Assembly (NCBI GenBank): GCA_964397195.1
Contig: CAYNGY010000003.1
Span: forward strand, 5,836-69,835
DNA from: an uncultured Gammaproteobacteria bacterium
GTDB lineage: Bacteria > Patescibacteriota > Patescibacteriia > SBBC01 > CAIJZX01
Direction of reading: 5' to 3'
Length of the DNA stretch: 64,000 nucleotides
Made by a program: the position numbers and the translations under genes. The notes beneath the pieces are model-generated. The model saw only the letters and a program-made list of their open reading frames with translations, was not told where the DNA came from and did not search any database. The stretch's first letter is position 1; every line of letters begins with the position of its first letter. Of this stretch, positions 29,975 to 40,191 are shown one piece after another.

Positions 29975-30075
29975 AGCTGGTATTAGCGTCGAAACCTCGG
30001 GCGGTGGTAAGGGGAGTTGCCTCGTCCCTCGAGGCCGCCCGGGCGAAGGCACAGGTCCTTCACGACGATGGAATC

Positions 30076-30104
30076 ATCATAAACCGAATAAAAACCGAAG
30101 TCAA
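30076..30104 (-). promoter_or_regulatory. lexA promoter containing a LexA box
   Basis: Minus strand TTGACT-N17-TATGAT with TTCGG TTTTTA TTCGG (30084-30099) filling the spacer. Confidence 0.85.
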
Positions 30105-30192
30105 CACCAAAACTGTGGATAACACTCCGAAGTTGAAAAATGAGAAAATTGTGATATAATAAGGGACCAAATATTTAGTATAAATTCGGGCA

Positions 30193-33100
30193 ATGGTTGC
30201 CAAAAAACGCAATAAAACGAAGATAGTTGCAGTTCGGTTCTCATCTCGTCGAAGAAAACCGCTACGAGTGACTACACGGATAAAGCGAACACCCTCGCTC
30301 GTACTGTCGAAGGGGCGCTTTGTTGCGATCTCTCGGCGATTGGTAGGACAAGGTTTTATTAGGGCTAAAGGCGTGGTACATCGAGGGGTGGCATTTGTTA
30401 CTGCTCGTCCGAGACGCCGTCGTGTGATTCGTGGCTCAACGCCATGGCGTCAGCCGTTGCCAGGCTGGCTTGGCCAACGATTCTTACGAGTTTCGATGGC
30501 GGGGGCCAGCGCGCTGACAATTACGGCGTTACTAGCCACGTTATTTGTTCCTGATCAATGGGTATTCGCCGGTTCGACGGCGTATGATTTTTCGGTGCCG
30601 GGGAATTATTCGCTGAGTGACGCAGCAAAAATTGAAACGGCCTCGTCAACAACTCGCTTAAAAAACCTACAATATACCGGGGCGGAGGCGAATACTGCGG
30701 CCCTGTATCATTTTGATGAGACGAGCGGGAATGTGATTGATGACGCGAGCCCAAACGGGAATGACCTGACGGCGAGCACGACGACACCATGTGATGGCGC
30801 GGCATGGTCGGCCGGAAAAGTGGTTGACCCGGCGCTTGATCGAACCACATATGGATCGACTACCACCACTGGAAATGCAGGATGCCTTGCGGCTTCTGAT
30901 TCGGCGTCGTTGTCTCTTAACTCGCAGGTCACGCTTGAAGCGTACTTGAAATTCTCCGGGGCGTTCGATCAAACGAATACTATCACCCAGGGAATCCTCG
31001 ATAAGGGAAATTATCGCATGTACTTCGATGAGAGTGACGGCAAGCTGAAGTTCGAACTCGATGATTCCGCGACGAAAACTTGGGATAAAGTTGGCGGTTC
31101 GGCGCTGACACCAATCACGCCAGGTATTCACGGAAATGAAGGGATCAATGGAAGTTGGCGACAGTTCGTTCCGTCGGTCATTCAAGCGCTCGTTGAGTTC
31201 AATGGCGAGCTCTACGTCGGAACGGCGGGTAATGGAACGAACCTCGGTACCGGTGAGGTCTGGAAGTACTCAGGATCGAACCAGGTCTGGACGAAGGTCG
31301 GAGGCGACGGCAACGGCACAACAAATTGGGACACATCGCAAACCGAAGCGGTCTATTCTTTGGCCGTCCACAGCGGCTCTTTGTACGCTGGCTTGGGCTT
31401 AACCGCCGGGGACGCAGAAATCTGGCGGTATAGTGGAAGCGGAACGATCTGGACGAAAGTCGCCGGAGGCGGCGTGAATTCGAGTTGGACGATTGCGCAT
31501 AACATTGAAGCGGTCTACGCTCTCGTGTCCGACGGGACTTTCCTCTACGCCGGAACGGGTAATACCTCCAGCTCGGCGGCTCAATCGGATGGAGACGTCT
31601 GGCGATGCGCTAACTGCGGAACATCACCGACGTGGACTATTGTGGGCGGTACGAACAACGCAACCGGGGCTAACATCAATGCTAGCTGGGGCGGATACGT
31701 CGCGACGACGCAAGCCATTGAATCTGTTCGATCAATGGTCATGATGGGCACCGATCTCTACGTCGGACTTGGCGATACCGCGGCCGCCAATTATGCCGAT
31801 GGCGATGTTTGGCGTTGCTCGAGTTGTGGTACAAGTCCTACTTGGACGCAAGTCGGTGGTGATGGGACGGGTTGGGCGGCGAATACTTCTGAGGCCGTAT
31901 TCACACTGGCTACAAATGGGACAACGCTTTGGGCGGGACTTGGATATACGGCAAGCGACGCTGATGTCTGGGAGTGTACGAATTGCGGAACATCGCCGTC
32001 ATGGGCACAAATTGGCGGCAACGAAGTGAACGGGACAAAGCCAAACTGGAATACCGGCTATGAAACGGTTCGTGGTCTCGTGTACAACAGTACTGATGCT
32101 AAGCTCTATGCCAGTATTGGCGATACCGCCGGCGAAGGTGAGGTCTGGCGGTACGATACGACAACGTGGGTGAAAGTTGGCGGTGACGCCGTTGGAGCGG
32201 CCGGAAAAAAATCGTGGGACGCATACTTTACGACACCAGAGTCAGCTGCGGGAACGAATAGTACAAAAGAACTTGCCTACGTCGGAACCTACAATAACAA
32301 ACTCGTCGTCGGAACTGGGAATACGCCGCAGGACGCGGAAGTGTGGTTGTGCGACGCAAATTGCGGTAGTAGTGCCACACCGGATTGGTCAGAAATCGGC
32401 GGCCGGGATTTCCGATCCTGGGGCGCGGCGAACCTGTCCTATGTGACGTCAATGGCGGTGAATGCAGGGAAGTTGTACGTCGGAACCGGGACGACGAATA
32501 AACACGCTTCGATTTGGGAGTACAACGGTTCAACATGGACACAAGTTGGCGGTGGCACGTTGAATCTTTCGGCTGGGTATTTCTGGGATAACTACGAGTA
32601 CGTTTTGGCGATGGCCTCGTTCAAGGGCGATCTCTACGCCGGTTTCGGGTCATTGCCAGCCGGCGGGGACGATGGTGATGTCTGGAAGTATAGTGCCGGT
32701 GCCTGGACACAGGTCGGTGGCACAGCTTACAACGCCAGTGCAGCCGGTGACACGATCAATAATAGTTGGACTAACGGGAATAATATCGAAGAAGTCTCCA
32801 GCATGACTGCAGACGAAACATATCTCTACGTTGGTACCGGGAGTACGGCGACCGACGGCGACGTCTGGCGGTTTGATGGAAGCACTTGGGGTGGCTTGCC
32901 GATCGGCGGAACCCGAAACGATACTAATGTGTTAGTGAACAATAGTTGGGCAGCCGGCACCTTCGAACGCGTCCAGTCGCTGAAAGTAGCTAACGGGCTC
33001 CTTTTTGCTGGTCTAGGTTCAACTGGTGGTGACGCAGAAGTGTGGCGATGGAACGGAACAAACTGGGGCACGAATGTATCACCGAACACCACCCGGAACC

Positions 33101-36100
33101 GTATTGGCGGCGACGGAGACGCGACGTTTTCGACCACCTGGAATCGGTCGGATATTGTACCGTCGGAGGCGACTGCCCGCGAGTCAATTCGTTCCATGAC
33201 GTTTATTGACTCAACGATGTATGTGGCGATTGGCGATACCAACGATGGTTCGCTCCAAGCAGACGCTGAGGTCTGGTCGTGTACCAATTGTCTTGATACC
33301 TCAGTGAATGCCTTCTCAGGAACCAAGCCAAATTGGACAATGGTCGGTGGTGACGGCGTAAACCAGTCTTGGGATAACCTAATCTACGAGCAAGTAACGT
33401 CGATCGTTAGCTATAAAGGGCATTTATTCGCAGCGCTCGGTATTAATAATAGCGGATCGGATTACGACTCCGAATTATGGGAGTACAACGGTAGTACGTG
33501 GCAAAAAGTTGGTGGTGATGCGCAAACCGGCGATACCTGGAGCGGGACATACGAATTGGCGACCGAGCTCATCGTCCTGAATGGAAGAATGTATACCGGG
33601 CTTGGAACGACAAATAATACAACTACTGCGGCCGATGCTGAAGTATGGGAATACGGTGCAAATACGTCGAAAGTCATTGCTTCGACAACCGCGTCTTGGA
33701 ATGCGGGAACATGGTACCACGTGGCTGGTACGTATGACGGGACAACAGCAAAAATATTTGTATGTGATAGTACAAACCTTGGGAGTTGCACTGGTACGCC
33801 GGAAACGACGACGTCGTTCGGATCGATGACCCTCGCCGATACGAATACCCCACTTGCAATCGGGTCCCTTCACGGTGCACTTGGACCGGATCGCTCATAC
33901 GGCGGATTTGCGGGCTCCTTAGATGAGGTACGAATATCCTCGACTGCTCGTGCGGCGGAGAATTTTGTGTTGACACAGTATTCACCCACTGCTCAAACGG
34001 TCCAGCCGACGGCGGCCATATCTCGAAATCAAAAACACAGTTGGGCCGGGTTTGCCGATACGAATAACGGTATCGGCACGATCACCTATCGGCTCTCGAA
34101 TGATGGAGTAACTTGGAAATACTGGAATACTGGAAATTCGCAATGGGCGACCTCTGGCTCGACGAGTCAATCAAGCCCAAAAGCAGATATCAATAACAAT
34201 ATCGCCACCTTTGATCCGACGCCGATCGAGTCCGGCGGTCTCCTCTGGCAAGCGGTTTTGAGCGGGAATGGTGATCAACGAGTCATCCTGAACACGGTGA
34301 CCGTGACGTACATTGATGACACGAACGCGCCGAACAATGTGACGGCTGTCACCGGGAATGATGGAAACTGGTTTGACCGTACGAATCCGGTGTTTACATG
34401 GTCGGCGCCGAGCGATCCACTCCCGTCGCCGAATCCGAATGGTGAACAAGCGTCGGGTGTCGAGGGATACTACGTCTATTTTGGGCCGAACGGCAGCGCG
34501 ATCCCGCGAACAGATGGTCAATTTCAAACCAGCACGACATATACTGGGACGCCGATATCGAGCGGCGATACCCAGCCATATTTTTTCCGCATCCAAACGC
34601 GCGACTATGCCCAGAATTATACCGATGATGTCACGGGCGTCTATGATCAGTTCCGCGATACGACGGCTCCGAATAATGTGTCGTCGGTTACAGGCAATGC
34701 GAACAGTGGAAATTGGTACAATCGCGCCAATCCGGTCTTCACCTGGTCGGTGCCGTCCGACGTGACCGGGGTAGCGAACGAAATCGCCTCGGGCATTAAA
34801 GGGTATTATGTCTATTTCGGCACCAATCCAAACGCGGTTCCGCGAACGGCCGGGACATTTGTTACGACCAATACCTATACGGCGCCGCCGATAGACGCTG
34901 GTGATACGCAGACATATTACCTCCGGATCCAGACGCGCGATAAAGCCCTGAATACGACCAGCGATGTCGGCGGTATCTACGATGCGTTTCGAGACGCGAC
35001 GGCACCGAATAATGTGAACGCTGTAACGGGTAATGCGGGTGACTGGTTTGATCGGGCGAACCCGCAGTTCAGTTGGTCGGCGCCAACGGATGATTTGCCG
35101 AGTCCGAATCCGAATGGCGAAAAAGCTTCGGGGATCGACGGGTACTACGTCTATTTTGGCACGAATCCGAACGCCGTTCCACGAACGGCGGGCGTATTCA
35201 CCACGGCCACGACGTATGCCGGTACGCCGATTGCTCCGGGCAACACGCAGTCATACTACTTCCGTGTCCAAACTCGAGATAAAGCCTTCAATACGACGAG
35301 TGATAGTACGGGCATTTACGATGCGTTTCGCGATACGACGTCCCCGAATAACGTGCTGTCAGTGACTAGCACGAATGGGAATTGGTTTGACCGATCGAAT
35401 CCGCAGTTCTCATGGTCATCGCCGACAGACGATCTCCCGAGTCCAAATCCAAATAGCGAAAAAGCCTCGGGAATAAATGGGTATTTCATTTACTTCGGAA
35501 CCGATCCGGCGGCCATTCCACGGACGGCCGGCGTATTTACGTCCAACACCACCTACACCTTCAGTCCAATATCGGGGGCAGATACGAATGCCTATTACTT
35601 TCGGATTCAGACGCGAGATAATGCCATGAACGTTACATCCGATGGGGCCATTCTGAATGGCTTCCTCGATGCGACTCCGCCGAACAACGTGTCGGCAATA
35701 ACGGCACTCTCTGGGAGCGGCGGATCGCCGATTGTCGCCAACACGTGGTACAACCATAGCGCGCCGCAATTTAGTTGGTCGGCACCAACCGATGATCTGC
35801 CGAATCCTAATCCGGATGGCGAGAGTGTCTCCGGCGTGGAGGGCTATTACGTCTATTTCGGGACGAACCAGGCCGCGGTGCCGAAGAACTCGGGAACGTT
35901 CGTTACCAGCACGACCTATATTCCGACCGGACTGGTGAGTGGAAACACCTACTATCTCCGAATCCAGACGCGCGATAAAGCGCTCAACACCTCACCGGCT
36001 ATTTACGATGCATTTACCTATAAGTTTGATAATGTGGGTCCGAGTGGACCGACGGTCTCGGCATCACCGGCGGGGTACACGGCGCTGAATGATTATACTT

Positions 36101-38202
36101 TTTTCTGGTTAAATTCCGGATCAGGCGGGCCGGTTGACCCGGGCGCTCCGTCAAATGGTTCGGGTTTCTCGGGGAACTTCGTGTATCGGATCGGCTCGCA
36201 AGCATGGTCGTCCTCGACGGCAGTCACACAAGTTAATATTCCAAATGCCGCCTATCAAGAAGGCGCCAATGTTTTTGAAATAAAAGCGATTGACAATGTC
36301 GGGAACGAAGGTCCGGCGTCCAGTGTTTCGTTTTACTATTCGGGCGTTGCGCCGACCGCACCGGAGAACCTGACCGTTGATCCAGTGACGTCGGAAGGCA
36401 GTCCGTCGGCATCAAACTCCTTTAGTTTCCTCTGGCAACCACCGTCAAGTTCGTCGAGCCCCATTTCACAGTATCGGTTCTCGATCAATAAATTGCCAAC
36501 AGCCACAAATACTCAAATTACTCCACTAACGGGATTACGGGCGGCCCCGTTTGCGACCCAACAAGGGAAAAATACGTTCTACGTTGTGGCCGAAGATGAG
36601 GCGGGGAACATTAATTATGACAACCCGGCGCACGTCGATTTCTATGCCCTGACTCCCGCTCCGGCAGCCCCAACGTCGACACAAATCTTTGATATCTCTA
36701 ATCGCGATACCTCGGAATATGCGATTAGTATGAAATGGTCAGAACCGAGCAAGAGCAACGGTTTTGATGGATATGAAGTGTATCGATCTGACGACAATAC
36801 AACGTTCGTCTCCGCTGGCACGACGAAGAGCCCGGTGTTTATTGATACGAATCTCGAATCGAAACCATACTATTACAAGGTGCGGTCGAAGGATAACGCG
36901 GGTCAATATTCCATTGATTCGACGACCGTAACATTGACCCCAACCGGACGATATACAACGGCGCCGAAGCTCCAGGACGGTCCGGAAGTGACGCCGAAAT
37001 CGTTCTCGGGCGCAGTGGTTTGGAACACCGATCGCATCGCTTCGAGCTTTATTGAATATGGGACGGATCCGTACCACCTCGGAAAGCAGAATGGTGGTGA
37101 GACCATCGGGACGCTCGACTTGGTGACGAAGCACACCGTGGCCATTAACGGCTTACAACCGGAAACAATCTATTCATACCAAGCGGTGTGGGTTGACCAG
37201 GACGGTAACCGCGGTCAGAGCGAGGTGCTGACCTTTGCCACTGGCCTGCGTCCGAAGATTAGCGACGTGGCGGTTTCAAACATTACGCTCACGACGGCGA
37301 CGATCAGCTGGACCTCGACGACCGTCGCCACGTCGAACGTGGTCTACGGTAAGACGAAGAGTTTTGGGCAGAGTGTTTCGGACGCATCAGGAACTGGGAC
37401 CACGCGACACTCGGTTCAGATTGAGGGGCTCGACGATACGACGACGTACCATTTCCAGATCTCGGGTACTGATACGGATAATAATCTCCTCCAGTCCGAT
37501 GAGTATACGTTTGATACGTTAACGCGCCCGATTATTACCGGATTTGATTTCGCGCAGGTCAAAGATGCGGCGACAATCACGATGCGGTTTAGCTGGACGA
37601 CAAATGTGCCAACGACATCAATTATTTCCTATACCCAATCAGGTGGGTCTGCCAAGAATCTTTCCAACGCGGAATACGGCACGAAGCATGAAATGGTTGT
37701 GGGGAATCTTTCCGAGAAGAAAGTATACGTGTTTCAAGCACGTGGCGTTGATACATATGGAAACCTTGCGACGTCAAATCCATTAACCGCGACGACGCCG
37801 GGTGATACGCGACCGCCAAAAGTGACCAACATGACCATTGAAGTTCGGTCATCCGGGGTTGGTGAGGCACAAAAAGCGCAACTCGTCGTATCATGGGAAA
37901 CTGACGAACAGGGGAGTAGCCAGGTTGAATATGGACCGGGCATTAGTTCGGATAACTATCCGACGCGAACCGCGGAAGACCCGGCGCTCGGAACGTCCCA
38001 CGTGGTGATTGTGCCTGAGCTTGAGCCAGCCAAACTGTATCATCTTCGCGCTGTCTCGCGTGACTCATCGGGGAATGGCGGATCGAGTGCGGACACGACA
38101 GCTATCACCGGGAAGGTCCAGCGCTCAGTGGTTGATATTATTATCAGTTCGCTGACGCGATCACTCGGATTCTTGGGCGGCCTCATTAAAACCACACAAT
38201 AA
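30193..38202 (+). CDS. Giant (2669 aa) surface protein: split LamG-like domain, 14 propeller-type repeats, tandem Ig/FN3-like repeats
   Basis: Basic N-terminus and TM, LYHFDE..WYHVAGTYDG..DEVRIS LamG motifs, W..VGG repeats, GYYVYFG repeats, and W.TD...S.VEYG FN3 domains. TG-A-TATAAT promoter at 30152-30160. Confidence 0.88.
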   Translation: MVAKKRNKTKIVAVRFSSRRRKPLRVTTRIKRTPSLVLSKGRFVAISRRLVGQGFIRAKGVVHRGVAFVTARPRRRRVIRGSTPWRQPLPGWLGQRFLRVSMAGASALTITALLATLFVPDQWVFAGSTAYDFSVPGNYSLSDAAKIETASSTTRLKNLQYTGAEANTAALYHFDETSGNVIDDASPNGNDLTASTTTPCDGAAWSAGKVVDPALDRTTYGSTTTTGNAGCLAASDSASLSLNSQVTLEAYLKFSGAFDQTNTITQGILDKGNYRMYFDESDGKLKFELDDSATKTWDKVGGSALTPITPGIHGNEGINGSWRQFVPSVIQALVEFNGELYVGTAGNGTNLGTGEVWKYSGSNQVWTKVGGDGNGTTNWDTSQTEAVYSLAVHSGSLYAGLGLTAGDAEIWRYSGSGTIWTKVAGGGVNSSWTIAHNIEAVYALVSDGTFLYAGTGNTSSSAAQSDGDVWRCANCGTSPTWTIVGGTNNATGANINASWGGYVATTQAIESVRSMVMMGTDLYVGLGDTAAANYADGDVWRCSSCGTSPTWTQVGGDGTGWAANTSEAVFTLATNGTTLWAGLGYTASDADVWECTNCGTSPSWAQIGGNEVNGTKPNWNTGYETVRGLVYNSTDAKLYASIGDTAGEGEVWRYDTTTWVKVGGDAVGAAGKKSWDAYFTTPESAAGTNSTKELAYVGTYNNKLVVGTGNTPQDAEVWLCDANCGSSATPDWSEIGGRDFRSWGAANLSYVTSMAVNAGKLYVGTGTTNKHASIWEYNGSTWTQVGGGTLNLSAGYFWDNYEYVLAMASFKGDLYAGFGSLPAGGDDGDVWKYSAGAWTQVGGTAYNASAAGDTINNSWTNGNNIEEVSSMTADETYLYVGTGSTATDGDVWRFDGSTWGGLPIGGTRNDTNVLVNNSWAAGTFERVQSLKVANGLLFAGLGSTGGDAEVWRWNGTNWGTNVSPNTTRNRIGGDGDATFSTTWNRSDIVPSEATARESIRSMTFIDSTMYVAIGDTNDGSLQADAEVWSCTNCLDTSVNAFSGTKPNWTMVGGDGVNQSWDNLIYEQVTSIVSYKGHLFAALGINNSGSDYDSELWEYNGSTWQKVGGDAQTGDTWSGTYELATELIVLNGRMYTGLGTTNNTTTAADAEVWEYGANTSKVIASTTASWNAGTWYHVAGTYDGTTAKIFVCDSTNLGSCTGTPETTTSFGSMTLADTNTPLAIGSLHGALGPDRSYGGFAGSLDEVRISSTARAAENFVLTQYSPTAQTVQPTAAISRNQKHSWAGFADTNNGIGTITYRLSNDGVTWKYWNTGNSQWATSGSTSQSSPKADINNNIATFDPTPIESGGLLWQAVLSGNGDQRVILNTVTVTYIDDTNAPNNVTAVTGNDGNWFDRTNPVFTWSAPSDPLPSPNPNGEQASGVEGYYVYFGPNGSAIPRTDGQFQTSTTYTGTPISSGDTQPYFFRIQTRDYAQNYTDDVTGVYDQFRDTTAPNNVSSVTGNANSGNWYNRANPVFTWSVPSDVTGVANEIASGIKGYYVYFGTNPNAVPRTAGTFVTTNTYTAPPIDAGDTQTYYLRIQTRDKALNTTSDVGGIYDAFRDATAPNNVNAVTGNAGDWFDRANPQFSWSAPTDDLPSPNPNGEKASGIDGYYVYFGTNPNAVPRTAGVFTTATTYAGTPIAPGNTQSYYFRVQTRDKAFNTTSDSTGIYDAFRDTTSPNNVLSVTSTNGNWFDRSNPQFSWSSPTDDLPSPNPNSEKASGINGYFIYFGTDPAAIPRTAGVFTSNTTYTFSPISGADTNAYYFRIQTRDNAMNVTSDGAILNGFLDATPPNNVSAITALSGSGGSPIVANTWYNHSAPQFSWSAPTDDLPNPNPDGESVSGVEGYYVYFGTNQAAVPKNSGTFVTSTTYIPTGLVSGNTYYLRIQTRDKALNTSPAIYDAFTYKFDNVGPSGPTVSASPAGYTALNDYTFFWLNSGSGGPVDPGAPSNGSGFSGNFVYRIGSQAWSSSTAVTQVNIPNAAYQEGANVFEIKAIDNVGNEGPASSVSFYYSGVAPTAPENLTVDPVTSEGSPSASNSFSFLWQPPSSSSSPISQYRFSINKLPTATNTQITPLTGLRAAPFATQQGKNTFYVVAEDEAGNINYDNPAHVDFYALTPAPAAPTSTQIFDISNRDTSEYAISMKWSEPSKSNGFDGYEVYRSDDNTTFVSAGTTKSPVFIDTNLESKPYYYKVRSKDNAGQYSIDSTTVTLTPTGRYTTAPKLQDGPEVTPKSFSGAVVWNTDRIASSFIEYGTDPYHLGKQNGGETIGTLDLVTKHTVAINGLQPETIYSYQAVWVDQDGNRGQSEVLTFATGLRPKISDVAVSNITLTTATISWTSTTVATSNVVYGKTKSFGQSVSDASGTGTTRHSVQIEGLDDTTTYHFQISGTDTDNNLLQSDEYTFDTLTRPIITGFDFAQVKDAATITMRFSWTTNVPTTSIISYTQSGGSAKNLSNAEYGTKHEMVVGNLSEKKVYVFQARGVDTYGNLATSNPLTATTPGDTRPPKVTNMTIEVRSSGVGEAQKAQLVVSWETDEQGSSQVEYGPGISSDNYPTRTAEDPALGTSHVVIVPELEPAKLYHLRAVSRDSSGNGGSSADTTAITGKVQRSVVDIIISSLTRSLGFLGGLIKTTQ
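31066..33657 (+). repeat. 14 degenerate ~55-65 aa repeats (beta-propeller blades) inside the giant CDS
   Basis: Recurring W..VGG....W...E.V.(S/A)L...LY.G.G...(E/D)VW pattern; 14 VW/IW/LW ends counted. Confidence 0.8.
34315..36030 (+). repeat. Five tandem ~113-aa repeats inside the giant CDS
   Basis: D.T.PNNV...W(F/Y)...P.F.WS.P.D...SG..GYY.YFG...RIQTRD.A.N repeated five times, with clear DNA-level similarity. Confidence 0.9.
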
Positions 38203-38972
38203 TGTCGCCAGCCGTCTCAACGCCAGCCGGCGTAAAAAAGCCAGTGATTGTGGCGAAAAACGTTGAGAAGATTTTTACCTATGGGAAAGAGACATACGAG
38301 GTGCTCCATGGATTGAGTACGACCGTCTACGCCGGTGAGTTCGCTATTATTTACGGTCCATCGGGTAGCGGTAAATCTACTTTTTTAAACACGCTCATCG
38401 GTCTCGAGCGACCGACAAAGGGCGAAGTCTACATTGACGGCATTGAGATTGATAAGATGAGCGATGACCAGCGCGCTGAACTTCGGGCGACACGGTTTGG
38501 GGTCGTCTCGCAAAGTCCAATTTGGGTGAAGGCGCTCACCGTTTTGGAGAATGTGGCGATGCCGCTGCTGATTCAGAATGTCCCCGAAGCGCGCGCCTTT
38601 CAACGAGCGAAAGAAGTGTTGGAGATGGTTGGTCTACCGGAAAAAGTAAAGAATAAACCGGCCGAACTGTCCGGCGGTCAACAACAACGGGTCAACTTCG
38701 CTCGATCGCTGGTGAATGATCCACATATTCTGGTGCTTGATGAACCGACGGGGAACCTTGACTCAAAGTCGGCCGATCAGGTCCTTGGTCTGTTGGCCGA
38801 ATTGAATAAGCGTCGCGAGCGGACGATATTAATGATTACCCATAATTTAGAATATTTGGAACTAGCGGATCGAAAAATCATGATTCGCGACGGACTGATT
38901 ACGGAAGATACCGCCCAAACCGCCAAAGTGTTTGTGCCGCACAAAGCCTATGAGACTGACAAGCATAATTAG
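38202..38972 (+). CDS. ABC transporter ATPase, LolD/MacB type
   Basis: GPSGSGKST, LSGGQQQRV, DEPTGNLD, ITH. Coupled to the giant gene by a TAATG overlap. Confidence 0.92.
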   Translation: MSPAVSTPAGVKKPVIVAKNVEKIFTYGKETYEVLHGLSTTVYAGEFAIIYGPSGSGKSTFLNTLIGLERPTKGEVYIDGIEIDKMSDDQRAELRATRFGVVSQSPIWVKALTVLENVAMPLLIQNVPEARAFQRAKEVLEMVGLPEKVKNKPAELSGGQQQRVNFARSLVNDPHILVLDEPTGNLDSKSADQVLGLLAELNKRRERTILMITHNLEYLELADRKIMIRDGLITEDTAQTAKVFVPHKAYETDKHN

Positions 38973-40164
38973 GTTCTCCTGGAAGAACTTGTGGATTCAT
39001 CGTCTGCGGTCACTGTTGACGATCGGTGGTGTGGTGATTGGCGTCGCCGCGATTGTCTTCTTAGTCTCGCTGGCGTTTGGCCTCGAGCGAATGGTCACTA
39101 GTCAGGTAGCGAACTTCTCGGCCTTTACCATCATCGATGTTCCCTCGTCAAACCCGCCGTCTGGGAAAATTAATCGCGAATCGATTGATCGATTGCGCGA
39201 GGTTCAGCACATCAAGGTTTTGGAACGGGTGATTGATATCGCTGGCCGGGCAAAGCTCGCGAATCAGAGTTCGACGACGGAAACGGTAGTGGTCGGTGTG
39301 ACGTCGAATTACTTCGGGTTGGCCGAACTTCATCTCCAAGACGGCAAGATTTTTGAAGAAAAGGCGACGAAAGAAGTTGTGGTGAATGTCTCATTAGCTA
39401 GTCTGCTTGGGTTTTCGGATGCCCCGGCTTCGATCATTGGGAAAGACATTGCCGTTGATATGATTATCCCGAAGAGTCTCCGGGAAACAGATTCAGTTGA
39501 TGGAGCGCTCGTTAAAGAGTCCATTCCGTTTACGGTGGTCGGTCTGTTGCCGGATAACCAAAACCCGGCTATGTATGTTCCGCAAAGTGTCGTTGACGCA
39601 CAGGGCGTCGTCAATTCAACCTCGATGAAGATTCAGGTTGACGACAAGAACTTTGTGGCCGAAGTCCGGAAACAAATTGAGAATGCCGGATTTGCGACAG
39701 AGTATATCGGCGACACCGTTGACCAAATTACATCAGTTTTCACCATTTTCCGGTTGGTACTTGGCGGGTTCGGTTCCATTGCCCTGATCGTTGCGGCGCT
39801 CGGGACGTTTAACACGCTGACCATTTCGCTGATGGAACGTATTCGTGAGATTGCCTTACTCAAAATGATGGGTATGCAACGTCGGGATGTTTTTCGCCTG
39901 TTCATTGCCGAATCCTTGACGATTGGGGTGGCCGGCGGCGTTCTTGGTGGCGGGATCGGCTATGCCATTGGTTGGGGCGCGAACCAAGTTGTGTCGTATT
40001 TAGCCGTCCGGGCTAATTCCGATGCCGTCTCTATTTTCTATACCCCGTTCATGTTTTTGGTCGTCGTAGCGCTTGGTTCTATCGTGGTCGGCTTTGTGAC
40101 GGGGCTCTATCCGTCTTGGCAAGCGATTAAAACAAATCCGCTCGATGCATTACGCTATGAATAA
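38950..40164 (+). CDS. ABC transporter permease, MacB/FtsX type
   Basis: RSLLTIGGVVIGV, large extracytoplasmic loop, ERIREIALLK, GLYP...NPLDALRYE. Confidence 0.92.
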   Translation: MRLTSIIRFSWKNLWIHRLRSLLTIGGVVIGVAAIVFLVSLAFGLERMVTSQVANFSAFTIIDVPSSNPPSGKINRESIDRLREVQHIKVLERVIDIAGRAKLANQSSTTETVVVGVTSNYFGLAELHLQDGKIFEEKATKEVVVNVSLASLLGFSDAPASIIGKDIAVDMIIPKSLRETDSVDGALVKESIPFTVVGLLPDNQNPAMYVPQSVVDAQGVVNSTSMKIQVDDKNFVAEVRKQIENAGFATEYIGDTVDQITSVFTIFRLVLGGFGSIALIVAALGTFNTLTISLMERIREIALLKMMGMQRRDVFRLFIAESLTIGVAGGVLGGGIGYAIGWGANQVVSYLAVRANSDAVSIFYTPFMFLVVVALGSIVVGFVTGLYPSWQAIKTNPLDALRYE

Positions 40165-40191
40165 TTTATTGACTCGTAACGGTCAACACGT

